Source: the human T2T-CHM13v2.0 reference genome, Homo sapiens. Taken from it: a DNA stretch of 64,000 nt. The notes beneath the pieces are model-generated. The model saw only the letters and a program-made list of their open reading frames with translations, did no database searches and was not told where the DNA came from. Below, one piece after another: positions 16,900 to 28,670 of this stretch. The position numbers and the translations under genes were made by a program. Every line of letters begins with the position of its first letter. Position 1 is the first letter of the stretch. The DNA is taken from NCBI RefSeq assembly GCF_009914755.1, contig NC_060937.1; one strand, written 5' to 3'.

Positions 16900-17620
16900 A
16901 CAAAAAGCCAACTACTAACACTAATAAAAAGTGGGTTAATGACTTGAATAGAATTTTCTTCAAACAAGACACACAAATGGCCATCAGGCATCACTAATCA
17001 CGAGGGAAATGCAAATCAAAACCATCAAGTGATATCACCTTAAAGCTGTTAGTATGACTGTTATAAAAAAAAAAAAAGACAAGTGTTGACCAGGAGGTGT
17101 AAAAATTGGAACACTTGGACACTGTTAGTAGAAATGAAAAATGGTACAGCCACTATGGAAAACAGTATGAGGATTCTTAAAAAACTAAAACTGCAATGTG
17201 ATTCAGTAATCCTACTTTTGGATATTTATGCAAAAGAATTGAAATCAGGAACTTGAAGAGATATTAGCATTACTTTAACAGTTAATCGCAGCACTATTCA
17301 CAATATCCAAAATGTGAGAAAAATGTTAAGTGTCCATGAATAGATGAATGGATTTAAAATTTTTTTATATACATACAATAAAATACTATAGTTTAAACAA
17401 GGGGAATTCTTCGATATGCAACAACTTGGATGAACTTTGAGACGTTATGCTAAATGAAATAAGCCAATCACAGACAGGTAAATACTGCATGATTCTACTT
17501 ATATGAGGTATCTAATATAGTCAAATTCATAGAAAGAAAGAATGGAATAGTCATTACAGGGGACTGGGGAGGGGGATGTTATTAATCAGTGGGCATAAAG
17601 TTTCTGTCAAGCAAAGGTTT
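16900..17620 (+). mobile_element. L1MB/MA-type ORF2 end and 3'UTR fragment
   Basis: agggaaatgcaaatcaaaacca; cagccactatggaaaacagtatgagg; gttatgctaaatgaaataagccaatcacag. Confidence 0.85.
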
Positions 17621-20069
17621 AAAACACCTATTTAACTTTTCTGGGAACTGAATCAGACCCCCGATTCTTCCTGAGGAGTGCATAGCTGAAGAATCTGTTT
17701 TCTCTTCCCCCCATACTTATTTGAGCACGGAATAGGAGATGGCTTTTTTATTAAGCTCACTAATGGGTTTGTATTAGAAATTCTCATCAATCTGAAGTTC
17801 TGAGAGCTTCTGATGGGCTCTGATGAGCAAATTCTCATCTTCTTTCCCCTCTGTCTTCCCTACTCTGTTCTTCAGCGACCCTGGCATTTTCTCATCTTCT
17901 CACTCTCCAAACACTCTTCTTGCTGAGAGCCTTCTCAGTTGTTGTTATGTAACCATAGAACAACTGTGCTAAAGCCCTATCCCTTACAGTAGAAAAGGAG
18001 AAGGTTGTGATACAGACACAAAGAGGCATAACTATTTAAGAAGTATTGCTGTTTTTATGCTAAGCTAAAATATCTATGAAGGTATAATAGAGAGGAAGAC
18101 AGATGGAGCAATGATCCATAAGAAACGGAAGAATGTAGGACAAACAGTGCCAGTGGGTGACTTTGCATTGAGCCACAAGATGGACACAATCTTTAAAACT
18201 AGAGGATCAGAAGTTGGCATGGATGTTTCATGGGGAAAGAAGGGGGAGATAGGAAATTTTTTAAAAATTGTCTCCCCAAATTTTCTCTGTGAATTCTTAG
18301 ACAAAGTCATCTTTTGAGAATAACCAGAATGAAAGTTAATTTTGTTAGATTATAGATGTTTTCTGAGAGAGATGGTAGGAAATTGAATATATATATGTGA
18401 GTGTGTGTGTGTATGCATATAATACATAGTTATATAAACATATACATATGTGATTTTACTTATAACCAGGGCTGAAACAGTCACAATATGGCATTGACCT
18501 AATTTAGAGAGATTTCTAAACTAATATAGCTAATACAGTGATTCTAAGAATAAATTCGTTGGAAAAAAATTCCAACAGCCTGTTAACTATTGGCTTGTTA
18601 ATTTTAAGAACAGGTATCATGAAAAATAGTGATTTTCATACAAACCATTTGTATGGCCTTACAAAGACATCCCTGCTCATAAGATTATTTTCTCAGGATG
18701 AATTTGAAATCCATATAACATATAAACTGGAACATACATCAAAGAATCATGTACATGAGTTTGAAACATTTTATAAGTGAACTTTGCATACCTTCAAAAT
18801 CTTAAAAAGAAGAAAACTTTCATTTTTTTTTCAGCAGGCCATTTGTGAAATTTAGCATAAAATTCTGTCTAGTAAAGTTATATAATTTCTCCCTGAAAAC
18901 CTTTCTTTCAAGTCATTGGATAATTCAAAGCTGTATGGGATAAAAAGAAATGGTTTTTCCACAGTGCATAAGATTGTAACCATATGCACCCAATAGTCCA
19001 ATTTCTACTATTGGTTATATTATGTAAAAATAAATGACAGAATCTCTGCATGGAAAGCCAATATTACAGGGAAGTAAGTGATACAGTGAAAATAACCAGA
19101 GTGTTGTCTGTTAACTGTAACTGGAGTGTATTTGCACTGCAGTTTCTGGAATTAGACTGTTTAATGTATGTTAAGCAAAATAAAAGAAAATTCAAACATA
19201 CTGAATAAAGTCAATAACTAAAAATATGTGCTATTTACATGTTTCAAACTTTTTATTTGCTTGCTTTTTGTCTTGTTTTGTTTTGTGGTATAAGTATTAT
19301 TTTAGGAGAGATGAAGTAGGAACATGATTGATAATTAATATTCATTAGGGAAATTTTGTGATCGGGAGTGAAGTTTTACGATTCCTTCCTCCCTTCAGCC
19401 ATTTATGTAAGTAAAGCAGTTTCATGCATTGAGACTTCCCATAAGATTAATTTTGATAAGAGAGTTTTCTAATACAAAGTTTCAAAACTGCTGGGCACTG
19501 TCAGAAAAGAACACCCTTTCCACAATTCTGGTTTTCTTGAGAAGATATTTTCCCTAAACATACTGCTATCATTGCCCTAACCCTGTGTCTAAGATGGAGT
19601 TATTCAGTTGATCAGTTAGTTGATTGATGAATGCCACATATTGGTCTACAAGTCTCAATGAGATGAAGTGAAGCTCTCAAAAGTCCACTGCATGATATTT
19701 GATAGCTTTAATGCTTCTTTCTCTGTTCATTCTAAACATCAAAATAAGCATGTTAAATCTGAAGACAAAATTTCCTGTGTTTGGTTACCCCAAATTTCAG
19801 TCTAGGGGTAGTCTCCTTAGCATAAGAGTAGGTTATCTGACTCTTATAACAAGTTATGTAACCACATTTTATCTGTATAATAGGATATTTTTGGCTTTCA
19901 GTTTTGTTTTATTTTTGGCTTTCATCTTTGTTTTATTTCTTAAATTGATCAGAATCTGGTCTGAGAATTAGGTTGATGGCTGCCTCTGACATTTCAATTG
20001 ATTAGGTGATCTTTAAGGGCTTTCTCCTCTATGAGAGGGGAATAAAATTTACTGCCGATTAGTGAGTGA

Positions 20070-20280
20070 TTACTAGGTATCATGCATTATTTTGTGTAAT
20101 TTTCACACACCTTCACATCTTCTCTTTTAACTCCTCTACAATCTGATGTGGTTACTATTCTTATGCTTATTCTACTGATGAGGAAACATAGACAGAAGGA
20201 TTTACTTACTTGCCAAAGGACATAGCTTGTAAGTGGTAGAGTCCAACACAAATTCAGTGCAGTCTGAATTTAAAGGCAAT
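20070..20280 (-). mobile_element. MIR
   Basis: ctgatgaggaaacatagacagaagg...acttgccaaaggacatagcttgtaagtggtagag (reverse MIR core). Confidence 0.7.
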
Positions 20281-21122
20281 TCCTTTAAAAGATATTTATA
20301 TCGCATTTAACATGAAACATATGACAACATGTCCTGACTAAATTAACATGTGATGTTTGTATTAAGTGAAAAATATAAAATTTAAAAAAGGAAATAAACA
20401 CAGGCACCCATAATTTAATCATCTTCTATCTGATTGACTCCCCCACCCCTTTTAGTCTTCTTTTCCTCATCAAGTTAATGCTGATAGACTTGTTTGTCCC
20501 TCCATAACTTTCCTCTTGATCTGACAAACATAGGAATTCACATATATAGATGACTTGGGCTTTTTTATTTGTATATTCATAACCAAAATCTACAAATTAC
20601 TATAACACTTCTTATTTTTTACATAACTGTATATTATACATCAAATTCTAATTTAAAATTAATTTATTCATGTTTATTATTTTACATCAATTAGATCCAC
20701 CCCCTCTTCTTTTTATATGACTGCATACAGCAACCTCAGTGTGTACACACATAATGGAGTAAAGTCTGGGTGTACTTAAATACTTTTTTAAATGCTTATA
20801 TATTTCTATAAAATATGTAGATTTATAACTTGAGTTTAGATAAATCCACTTTTAAGAATTCAGCCTTACAAAGGGTTTCATTTACTACTTCTATTTTGTC
20901 TTGCAGAGCATTTCTTATTATTTAAAAGGATTTTTAAGGATTTTCTTTGCTTCATGAACAGATGGGCAACATCACATGAGAACCACCCACGTCAAAGTTT
21001 TATACTTAATGCATTTTATGGCAGGTTTTCCATTTGCAGGCTCACAGTTTGTAAATTCATACCACTAAAAATATTGTGCAACATGCATCTCATGACATTA
21101 TTTCTTTTGTTGATTATGGTAT

Positions 21123-21701
21123 TGTAGGGGCAGAAAAGGAGTGATCTTTTTCTTCTTCATAAGAGCAATGGCCAACACCTCTATAACAAAAGACATGTTA
21201 GAGAAAAACTTAGCACATTTATTTGATTATAGTTTTCTGTGACATGAGAGCCTCCAGAATGAAGACCCAGAGATACAGGGGAAGATATCCAATTTTATGC
21301 TTTGGTTCAATGAAGCAGGGACAGCCATGTACAAGTGTGATTGAACAGAAAAGGACAGGAGCTAGCAGTGATAGACTCAAGAATTCTAGCAGGGCCTGTT
21401 TGTTCAGGTTCTTCTTGGCCTCTCTGTACAGAATTTCTTCCTCCCACGTATGGGGTAGGACTCCTCTGAAATGAGGGTCTTAATTTCTTTATGGCCAGCT
21501 GTTCCACAGAAATGTGGGGAAAATTCAGAGTAATATTTTTAGGCTTGATAGCTGACTTTAGGGAAAAATGATTTTAGTTTCTATGACTTGCCTCAGGCAT
21601 GGATGAGGGGTAAGAGACAGGAGACAGGAGGGCAGGAGAAGGTCAGAGAGAAACTGCTTTTGATGCCTTCATTTTGGGGTATTATTTTCAGAGCCCCAGT
21701 A
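21123..21701 (-). mobile_element. ERV1 solo LTR, MER34/MER39 family
   Basis: Minus strand starts ggggctctgaaaataataccccaaaatgaaggc..tctctgaccttctcctgccctcctgtctc and ends cccctaca; 4-bp TSD gtat (21119-21122, 21702-21705). Confidence 0.85.
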
Positions 21702-22166
21702 GTATCATTTACATTCTTTTCATGGGTTTCTTTGGTCTTTATTCTTCTGTTTTTTTCATTAACTGTCACATTACATAAACTATTTATACACATACACACG
21801 GATGTTCCATATGAGTCTGAAATAAAAATGCATAATAGTTACAAAACAATTTAAAGATAAGTTAGATGGTCAAATAGTAGAATGATTAATGAATTTGTAG
21901 GACTATTCAGTTTTTCTTTTTCATTTCATTTTTAAAGTTGTACTTGCCTAGCAATTTATTTCAAATTTGTTGGCATATGTTTATTTATATTATCTCATTA
22001 TCCTTTAAATGCCTGAATAATATTGATATTAGTTATTTGTAACTTGTATCTCTGTTTTAAAAAGTTTATCTATATGTCTTGCCACAGATTTATTACTTTT
22101 ATCATTATGTTCTAAGAAACAGTTTTTGCCATCTTGATTCTCTTTGTTTACTTTTTTTTCTTAATG

Positions 22167-22384
22167 TTTCTTTTTTTTATTTTTAGTTTTTGGAGACAGG
22201 GTCTCACCTTGTTGCCCAGGATGGAGTGCAGTGGCATGATCTCAGCTCCCTGCAACCTCTGCCTCCCTGGCTCAAGCCATCCTCCCACATCAAGCTACTG
22301 AGTAGCTGAGACTACAGGTGCGTGCCTCCAGGCCTAGCTAATTTTTGTATTTTTTATTGAGATGGGGTTTCACCATGTTGCCCA
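22167..22384 (-). mobile_element. AluJ, cut by the LTR12 insertion; its 5' ~100 bp is absent
   Basis: agacagggtctcacc..ctcaagccatcctcccac (J-type); stops at caccatgttgccca. Confidence 0.92.
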
Positions 22385-22627
22385 TGAAAGGTGAAGCCAG
22401 CTGGACTTCCTGGGTCAAGTGGGGAATTTTTCTGTCTAGCTAGAGGATTGTAAACACACCAATCAGTGCTCTGTGTCTGGCTAGAGGATTGTAAGTGGAC
22501 CAATCAGCACTCTGTAAAAGGGACCAATCAGCAATCTGTAAAATGGACCAATTAGCAGGATGTGGGCGGGGACAAATAAGGGAATAAAAGCTGGCCACCC
22601 TAGCCAGCAGTGGAAACCCACTTGGGT
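22385..22627 (+). mobile_element. HERV9 5' LTR (LTR12F-like), U3 and start of R only
   Basis: tgaaaggtgaagccagctggacttcctgggtcaagtgggg start; four CCAAT boxes in tandem repeats, GC box gtgggcgggg, AATAAA at 22583-22588. Confidence 0.92.
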
Positions 22628-22628
22628 T

Positions 22629-24175
22629 TCTCTTGAACTTTCTAGCTAATCGAGGGTACAAGGCGTCTAGGTTGAAGGCCCAGCTTTGCCTATAGCAGGT
22701 CAAATATCTAGGCCTAATCTTAGCCACAGGGACCAGGGCCCTCAGCAAGGAATGAATACAGTCTATACTAGCTTATCCTCACCCTAAGACATTAAAACAG
22801 TTGCGGGAGTTCCTTGGAATCACGGGCTTTTGCCGACTATGAATCCCCAGGTACAGCAAGATGGCCAGACCACTCTATGCTCTAATCAAGGAGACCCAAA
22901 GGGCAAATATTCATCTAGTAGAATGGGAACCAGAGGCAGAAACAGCCTTCAAAACCTTAAAGCAGGCCCTAGTATGAGCTCCAGCTTTAATCCTTGCCAC
23001 AGGACAAAAATTCTCTTTATACGTCACAGAGAGAGCACAGAGATAGCTCTTGGAGTCCTTACTCAGACTCGTGGGACAACCCCACAACCATTGGCATACC
23101 TAAGTAAGGAAATTGTTGTAGTAGCAAAAGGCTGGCCTCACTGTTTACGGGTAGCTGCAGCGGTGGCCGTCTTAGTGTCAGAGGCTATCAAAATAATACA
23201 AGGAAAGGATCTCACTGTCTGGACTACTTATGATGTAAATCACATATTAGGTGCCAAAGGAAGTTTATAGCTATCAGACAACCACCTACTTAGATACCAG
23301 GCTCTACTCCTTGAGGGACCGGTGCTTCAAATACATATGTGTGTGGCTCTCAACCCTGCCACTTTTCTCCCAGAGGAGGGGGAACCAATCAAGCATGACT
23401 GCCAACAAATTATAGTCCAGACTTATGCCGCCCGAGATGATCTCTTAGAAGTCCCCTTAGCTAATCCTGATCTTAACCTATGTACCGATGGAAGTTCATT
23501 TGTGGAGAATGGGATACAAAAGGCAGGTTATGCCATAGTTAGTGATGTAACTATACTTGAAAGTAAGCCTCTTCCCCCAGGAACCAGTGCCCGGTTAGCA
23601 GAACTAGTGGCACTTACCGGAGCCTTAGAACTGGGAAAGGGAAACAGAATAAATGTGTATACAGATAGCAAGTATGCTTATCTAATCCTACATGCCCATG
23701 CTGCAATATGGAGAAAAAGGGAGTTCCTAATCTCTGGGGGAACCCCCAGTAAATACCACAAGGAAATCATGGAGTTATTGCATGCAGTGCAAAAGCCCAA
23801 GGAGGTGGCAGTCTTACACTGCCGAAGCCATCAAAAAGGGGAAGGAGAGGGGAGAACAGCAGCGTAAGTGGCTGGCAGAGACAGGGGAAGTCAGCAGAAG
23901 GGAAAGACAGAAAGAAAGTCAGAGAGAGAGAGGGGAAGAAACAGAGACAAAGAGGGAGTCAGAGAGAGAGAGAGAAAGAGACAGACAAAGAAGGAGTCAG
24001 AAGGAGAGAAAGAGAGAGACAAAGAAGAAGTCAAAGAGAAAGAAAGAGAGATGGAAGTAGTAAAGAAAAAACAGTGTACCCTATTCCTTTAAAAGCTGGG
24101 GTAAATTTAAAACCTATAACTGATAATTGAAGATCTTCTCTGTGACCCTGTAACACTCCAATACCACCTCGTTGT
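22629..24175 (+). mobile_element. HERV9 internal remnant: 3' RT/tether and RNase H of pol (frameshifted, with stops), AG-rich tract, then truncated
   Basis: QVKYLGLIL and LREFLGITGFC read from the DNA; ORF track gives IALGVLTQ..PLAYLSKE..AKGWPHCLR and RNase H motifs TDGSSF, LAELVAL, VYTDSKY, HCRSHQKG; polypurine tract ~23836-24070. Confidence 0.93.
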
Positions 24176-24176
24176 T

Positions 24177-24290
24177 GCCTTCCATTTCCAGAGTTTTTGT
24201 TTCAATATGTCTAGAGTCAGGCCTGAGAATTTTCATACCTAATAAGTTAGGGTACTGCTGGTTCAAAGATTACACTTAGAGAAGAATTGC
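24177..24290. mobile_element. Half of a MER5A (hAT-Charlie) element
   Basis: ccagagtttttgtttcaatatgtctagagtcaggcctgagaatt...tgctggttcaaagattacacttagagaa resembles one half of MER5A. Confidence 0.6.
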
Positions 24291-24729
24291 TCCAAAGTAG
24301 GCTTTCCCTTGGTGTGGGCAGATGACTGCTGGGAATCCTGGGACTACCCTATTTTTTGGTATCTGGATCATACGCCCAGCCCAAACTAATCATTAAAGCC
24401 TGGATGTTCCAGATGGTCAGGCCTGGGTCATATGCTCAGCCCTGTATCTGGAGACAAGGTCACATGGACTGAAGAAAGCAAGGACCCACAAAGGATATTT
24501 TGGATACTATTACAGAAGAAGGCTGGGGGGCAGCGCTGGGCAAGCACAAACATCACATATTCACCAATGTCCTCTAATTCACAGCTCGACTCTGATTTGA
24601 AGAGTAGGATGGTTAAGGACATCAGAAAGAATTTCACAGAGAAAAGGGTCGAAACAGAGCATGCAAAACCACAAAGGTAAAAATAATCAAGGTGGGGTGT
24701 GAGATATGTTGTTCCAAAGTAATTTATTA

Positions 24730-25310
24730 TCTATTTAAAAAGGAAAGAAATTGTGCCATTTCTGACAACATGAATTAATCTGGAGGACATTCTGCTAAGT
24801 GAAATAAGCCAGGCACAGAGAGACAAATACTGCGTGGCTTCCCTTATACATGGAATCTAAAGTAATGAAACACATATAAGCAGAGAGTAGAATGGTGATT
24901 ACAAGGGGCTGGAAGGAAGGAGAAATGGGGGTGTGGGTGAAAAGGTACAAAGTTTCAGTTGTGTAAAATAAACATCTGGAGATCTACTGTACAACACAGA
25001 TTACATGCCTGGTTATTAGCAATATTATAATTAATAATACTGTATTAAATGCTTTAAAATTTGCTAAGAGGATAGATCTTATGTCAAGTGCTCATACTCC
25101 AAAAAGAAAAATAAATAAATTTATTTTTAGAAACAGCAATAAATGGGGCTGGGAGAAATTTTTGAGGATACTGGGTAAGATTACAGTATTGATAACAATG
25201 ATGGTCTGATGGCTTCACAGGTATACACCTATCTCCAAACACATCATGTTGTGTATACTAAATATTTACAGCCTTAGTACGTCAATCATACCTTAACAAA
25301 GCAGCTAAAA
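24730..25310 (+). mobile_element. L1MA/MB 3' end
   Basis: tggaggacattctgctaagtgaaataagccaggcacagagagacaaatactgc; ends gtcaatcataccttaacaaagc. Confidence 0.85.
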
Positions 25311-26077
25311 CTTTATTATTGAAGTGGGGAAGCTTTTAGGAATTAAAGAGAGCATCATTAACAACAACGTCAGGACAATAAGTGAAACCAGGAACCGTTC
25401 TGTACAAACCAGAACTTATGGTTATTTCAATCATGGATTTTGGGAGAGTGGAGAAAAATAAAACTAAAAATGTCTGCTGGAACCTGTTCAAAAAGAAAAC
25501 AATGTCTTGCTGAGTGTTTTGGAATTTGTGTTCTGGACAAAGCATTTTCATCATCATACCTATCTTAGACATAGGGTTAGTGAAGTGAGAGAATTACTGC
25601 TCATAGACATGTCAGAGTGGGCATTGATGCAACCTAAAGGACATCTATGTTTAACCACTTAGATGACTTTGACACTTGACTTCAGCCTTTAAGCTTCTCT
25701 GATTTATATTTTAAATATAAATGTCTTAGAGTCAGAGACTGTCAATGGCATTTGATGGGCCATTTTGGGACATTTTGATTATTTATAGTTTTTTGATAAT
25801 TAATTTGCATAAACATTTATTTTTATCAGCATATTTAATTAGTTTGACCACAACCTGAATCCTGAGGAACAAAGTAAACAAATTTTAAATCCTTTAGATG
25901 ACTTACCTGAGCTCAGTTTCCATCATGCCAAAATCTGTTTGTCCTCTGGGCCCTATGGCCATTATATATACAGCTGCTTATACCCTAGACAGCATTTTAA
26001 AGCTATTTTCATTTAGTAGTATATGATACTAAGTGCACTCATGTTAATATATATTATCACAAAATTTATTGTTATTA

Positions 26078-26143
26078 CTAAATATATATATTATATATAT
26101 ATGTACTAAGTATGTGTGTATATACATATATATATATATATAT
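26078..26143. repeat. (TA)n / (TG)n low-complexity microsatellite
   Basis: Direct inspection. Confidence 0.85.
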
Positions 26144-28261
26144 CCCTGTCAATAATAACTTTAAGTGACCGGAAACTTCACTGAAATGCAGCGTTTTGAC
26201 TTCAAAATGTAATGGTATCAATCATAACTTGGAAGAGTATGAACATTTTCAAAACACTTCAATGTACAAAAAACCACAGTGACTGAGAGGAAACTGCTGC
26301 TATTTATTTGCAAATTACTTGCTGAAAATGTAGTTTAGTATCAACGTGTTGCCCAGCTATAGAAGGGCAGCATTCACTTTGTGTTCTATGTGAGTAGAAA
26401 CCGCACAGTTGTACAACATGGTTGATCCTCAGTTACATTCAAAATTTCCCAAAAGGTATAGCTCTTTATTGCAGATGCTGAGTTATTTTTGGTTTTTACA
26501 TTTTATTAGTCACTGTTACAACAAAATTTTCTTTATAAAGCTTTTTACAAATCTAGGAAATACATCTTCCTTGGCAGAAATGATTTCTGCTAGTCTAAGT
26601 GGAGCCTGCTCCAAGAACCCTGGATGTTGATCTGAATTATTTCATAAGCATCCTTTCCAGAAACACATTGACAAAAGTCCCAGAATGCCTGGATGGCTCT
26701 GAGAGCACACCCTCCCCATGAGACTGTGATAAAGTTACTCATTTTTAGAGCATTAACTTAAGAAGTTATAGGAAAAGATGTTTTTTTCTTTGGACTCACA
26801 GTTAGCTATAACATAACAGCAATAGATAGAAAGCTCCCATTTGCTGGAGGAGTGTCCCACCAGCCAAAAAAACAAAAACAAAAACAAAAAGTATGTGGAG
26901 GAAAAAAAAATACAAAACAATACAAATACAACATACTAAAGCACACTTGAATTTTGAGCTTGGGAAAACTTAGTGTCCAAACACAGGTAAAAGGGTTTCC
27001 AAATAAACTGACCATCTGAGGGATATTTTCCACAAATTTTAGTGTTATTGGAAATGGATAATTTGAGAACAAGCGGGGAAAACAAAGGAATAATTCTTTA
27101 AGCAGGCATGTTCTCCTGTAATCTTGCCCTTGTGAAAAACTGCCCGCAAGCATACTTAAGGGCTTATTGTTCTGTTTTCTGTGTGTGTGAGGTATGATCA
27201 TGCATCTGGGGAATTAGTTATAGAATGGAAAACGTTCCCTGGCCTGAGACTACAGACAGAGCTGTTCCGGCGTTGCTTTGGCTTAGTGACAACATGTTAA
27301 AATTCCTCTTAGTGCAGCCATGGTGGAGTCTCAATTTTTCTCAAACAACAAGATAAAAATTATTCTAGTTTGCAGACCTTGCTTGATCGATTTTATGTTT
27401 GACCAAGAAATCACAAAAGCAACTTGTATATTCAATTACATAATAATTTTTAAACATTATTTGTAAATTTATTTATTTGCCTCTACATGCCATTCAATAT
27501 CTAGCTAAGCAAACAAGTAAAACACATGTGAATATTTGTATCACTGTCCAAAAGACATAGATGAGCAGCAAGGAAATAAATGCCATGACCTTTTACTTGG
27601 CTACAGGTTTGTTGATTGCGGACAGATGTTTAATAGGTTTTCATTTTCTTTCCATTTTTTTTAAATTGTACTATGTCTCAATTATTTGGAGATGATTTAT
27701 CCAGTTGTCAACACCTTTAATCTAATTTCCTAAAGCTTGGTGTAGATTGTTACTGGGTGGTGTTACTGGGTGGTACGTAGAAAAGCATGAGGAAGTTTCA
27801 GCATAAATCTGCTAGTTTTCTATTGATACTACTTCAGTAAGTTTAGTGGAAGAGAAAAATATGCATGTACTGAAACATTTATGAAAATGGTACATTGTAA
27901 TATGTCTTAAGAGTGAATTGATTTTTTGTAACTGTTACAGTTTCTAAAATGCTCAACAGATCCTATTTTGTTTTATTTAGACATGCTTTTCAAAAATTGC
28001 TTAGATAAAATATTAATTTTCATCAGGTTTGTCAAAAACAGCTCACTTTCTTCTACTTGGAATGCTGCTTGCTTGGTTTCTGGAAAATATAAATATATTT
28101 CTTGAGATATGCTAATTTAAATAAAATTAAATAAAAAATGCAAATTTAATTTTTAAAAAATTTTAAATACTTTTTAAAAATAGAAAAAAGAATTGAAAAT
28201 AATTTTATCATGTCAACCTCATCCTTTTGCATTTCGCGTCAGACATATTAACGTAGTGTGA

Positions 28262-28670
<409 letters not shown>

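Noticed and set aside
23782-24092. E/R/K-rich ORFs
   Set aside because: Translation of the GA-rich tract in the ERV9 remnant
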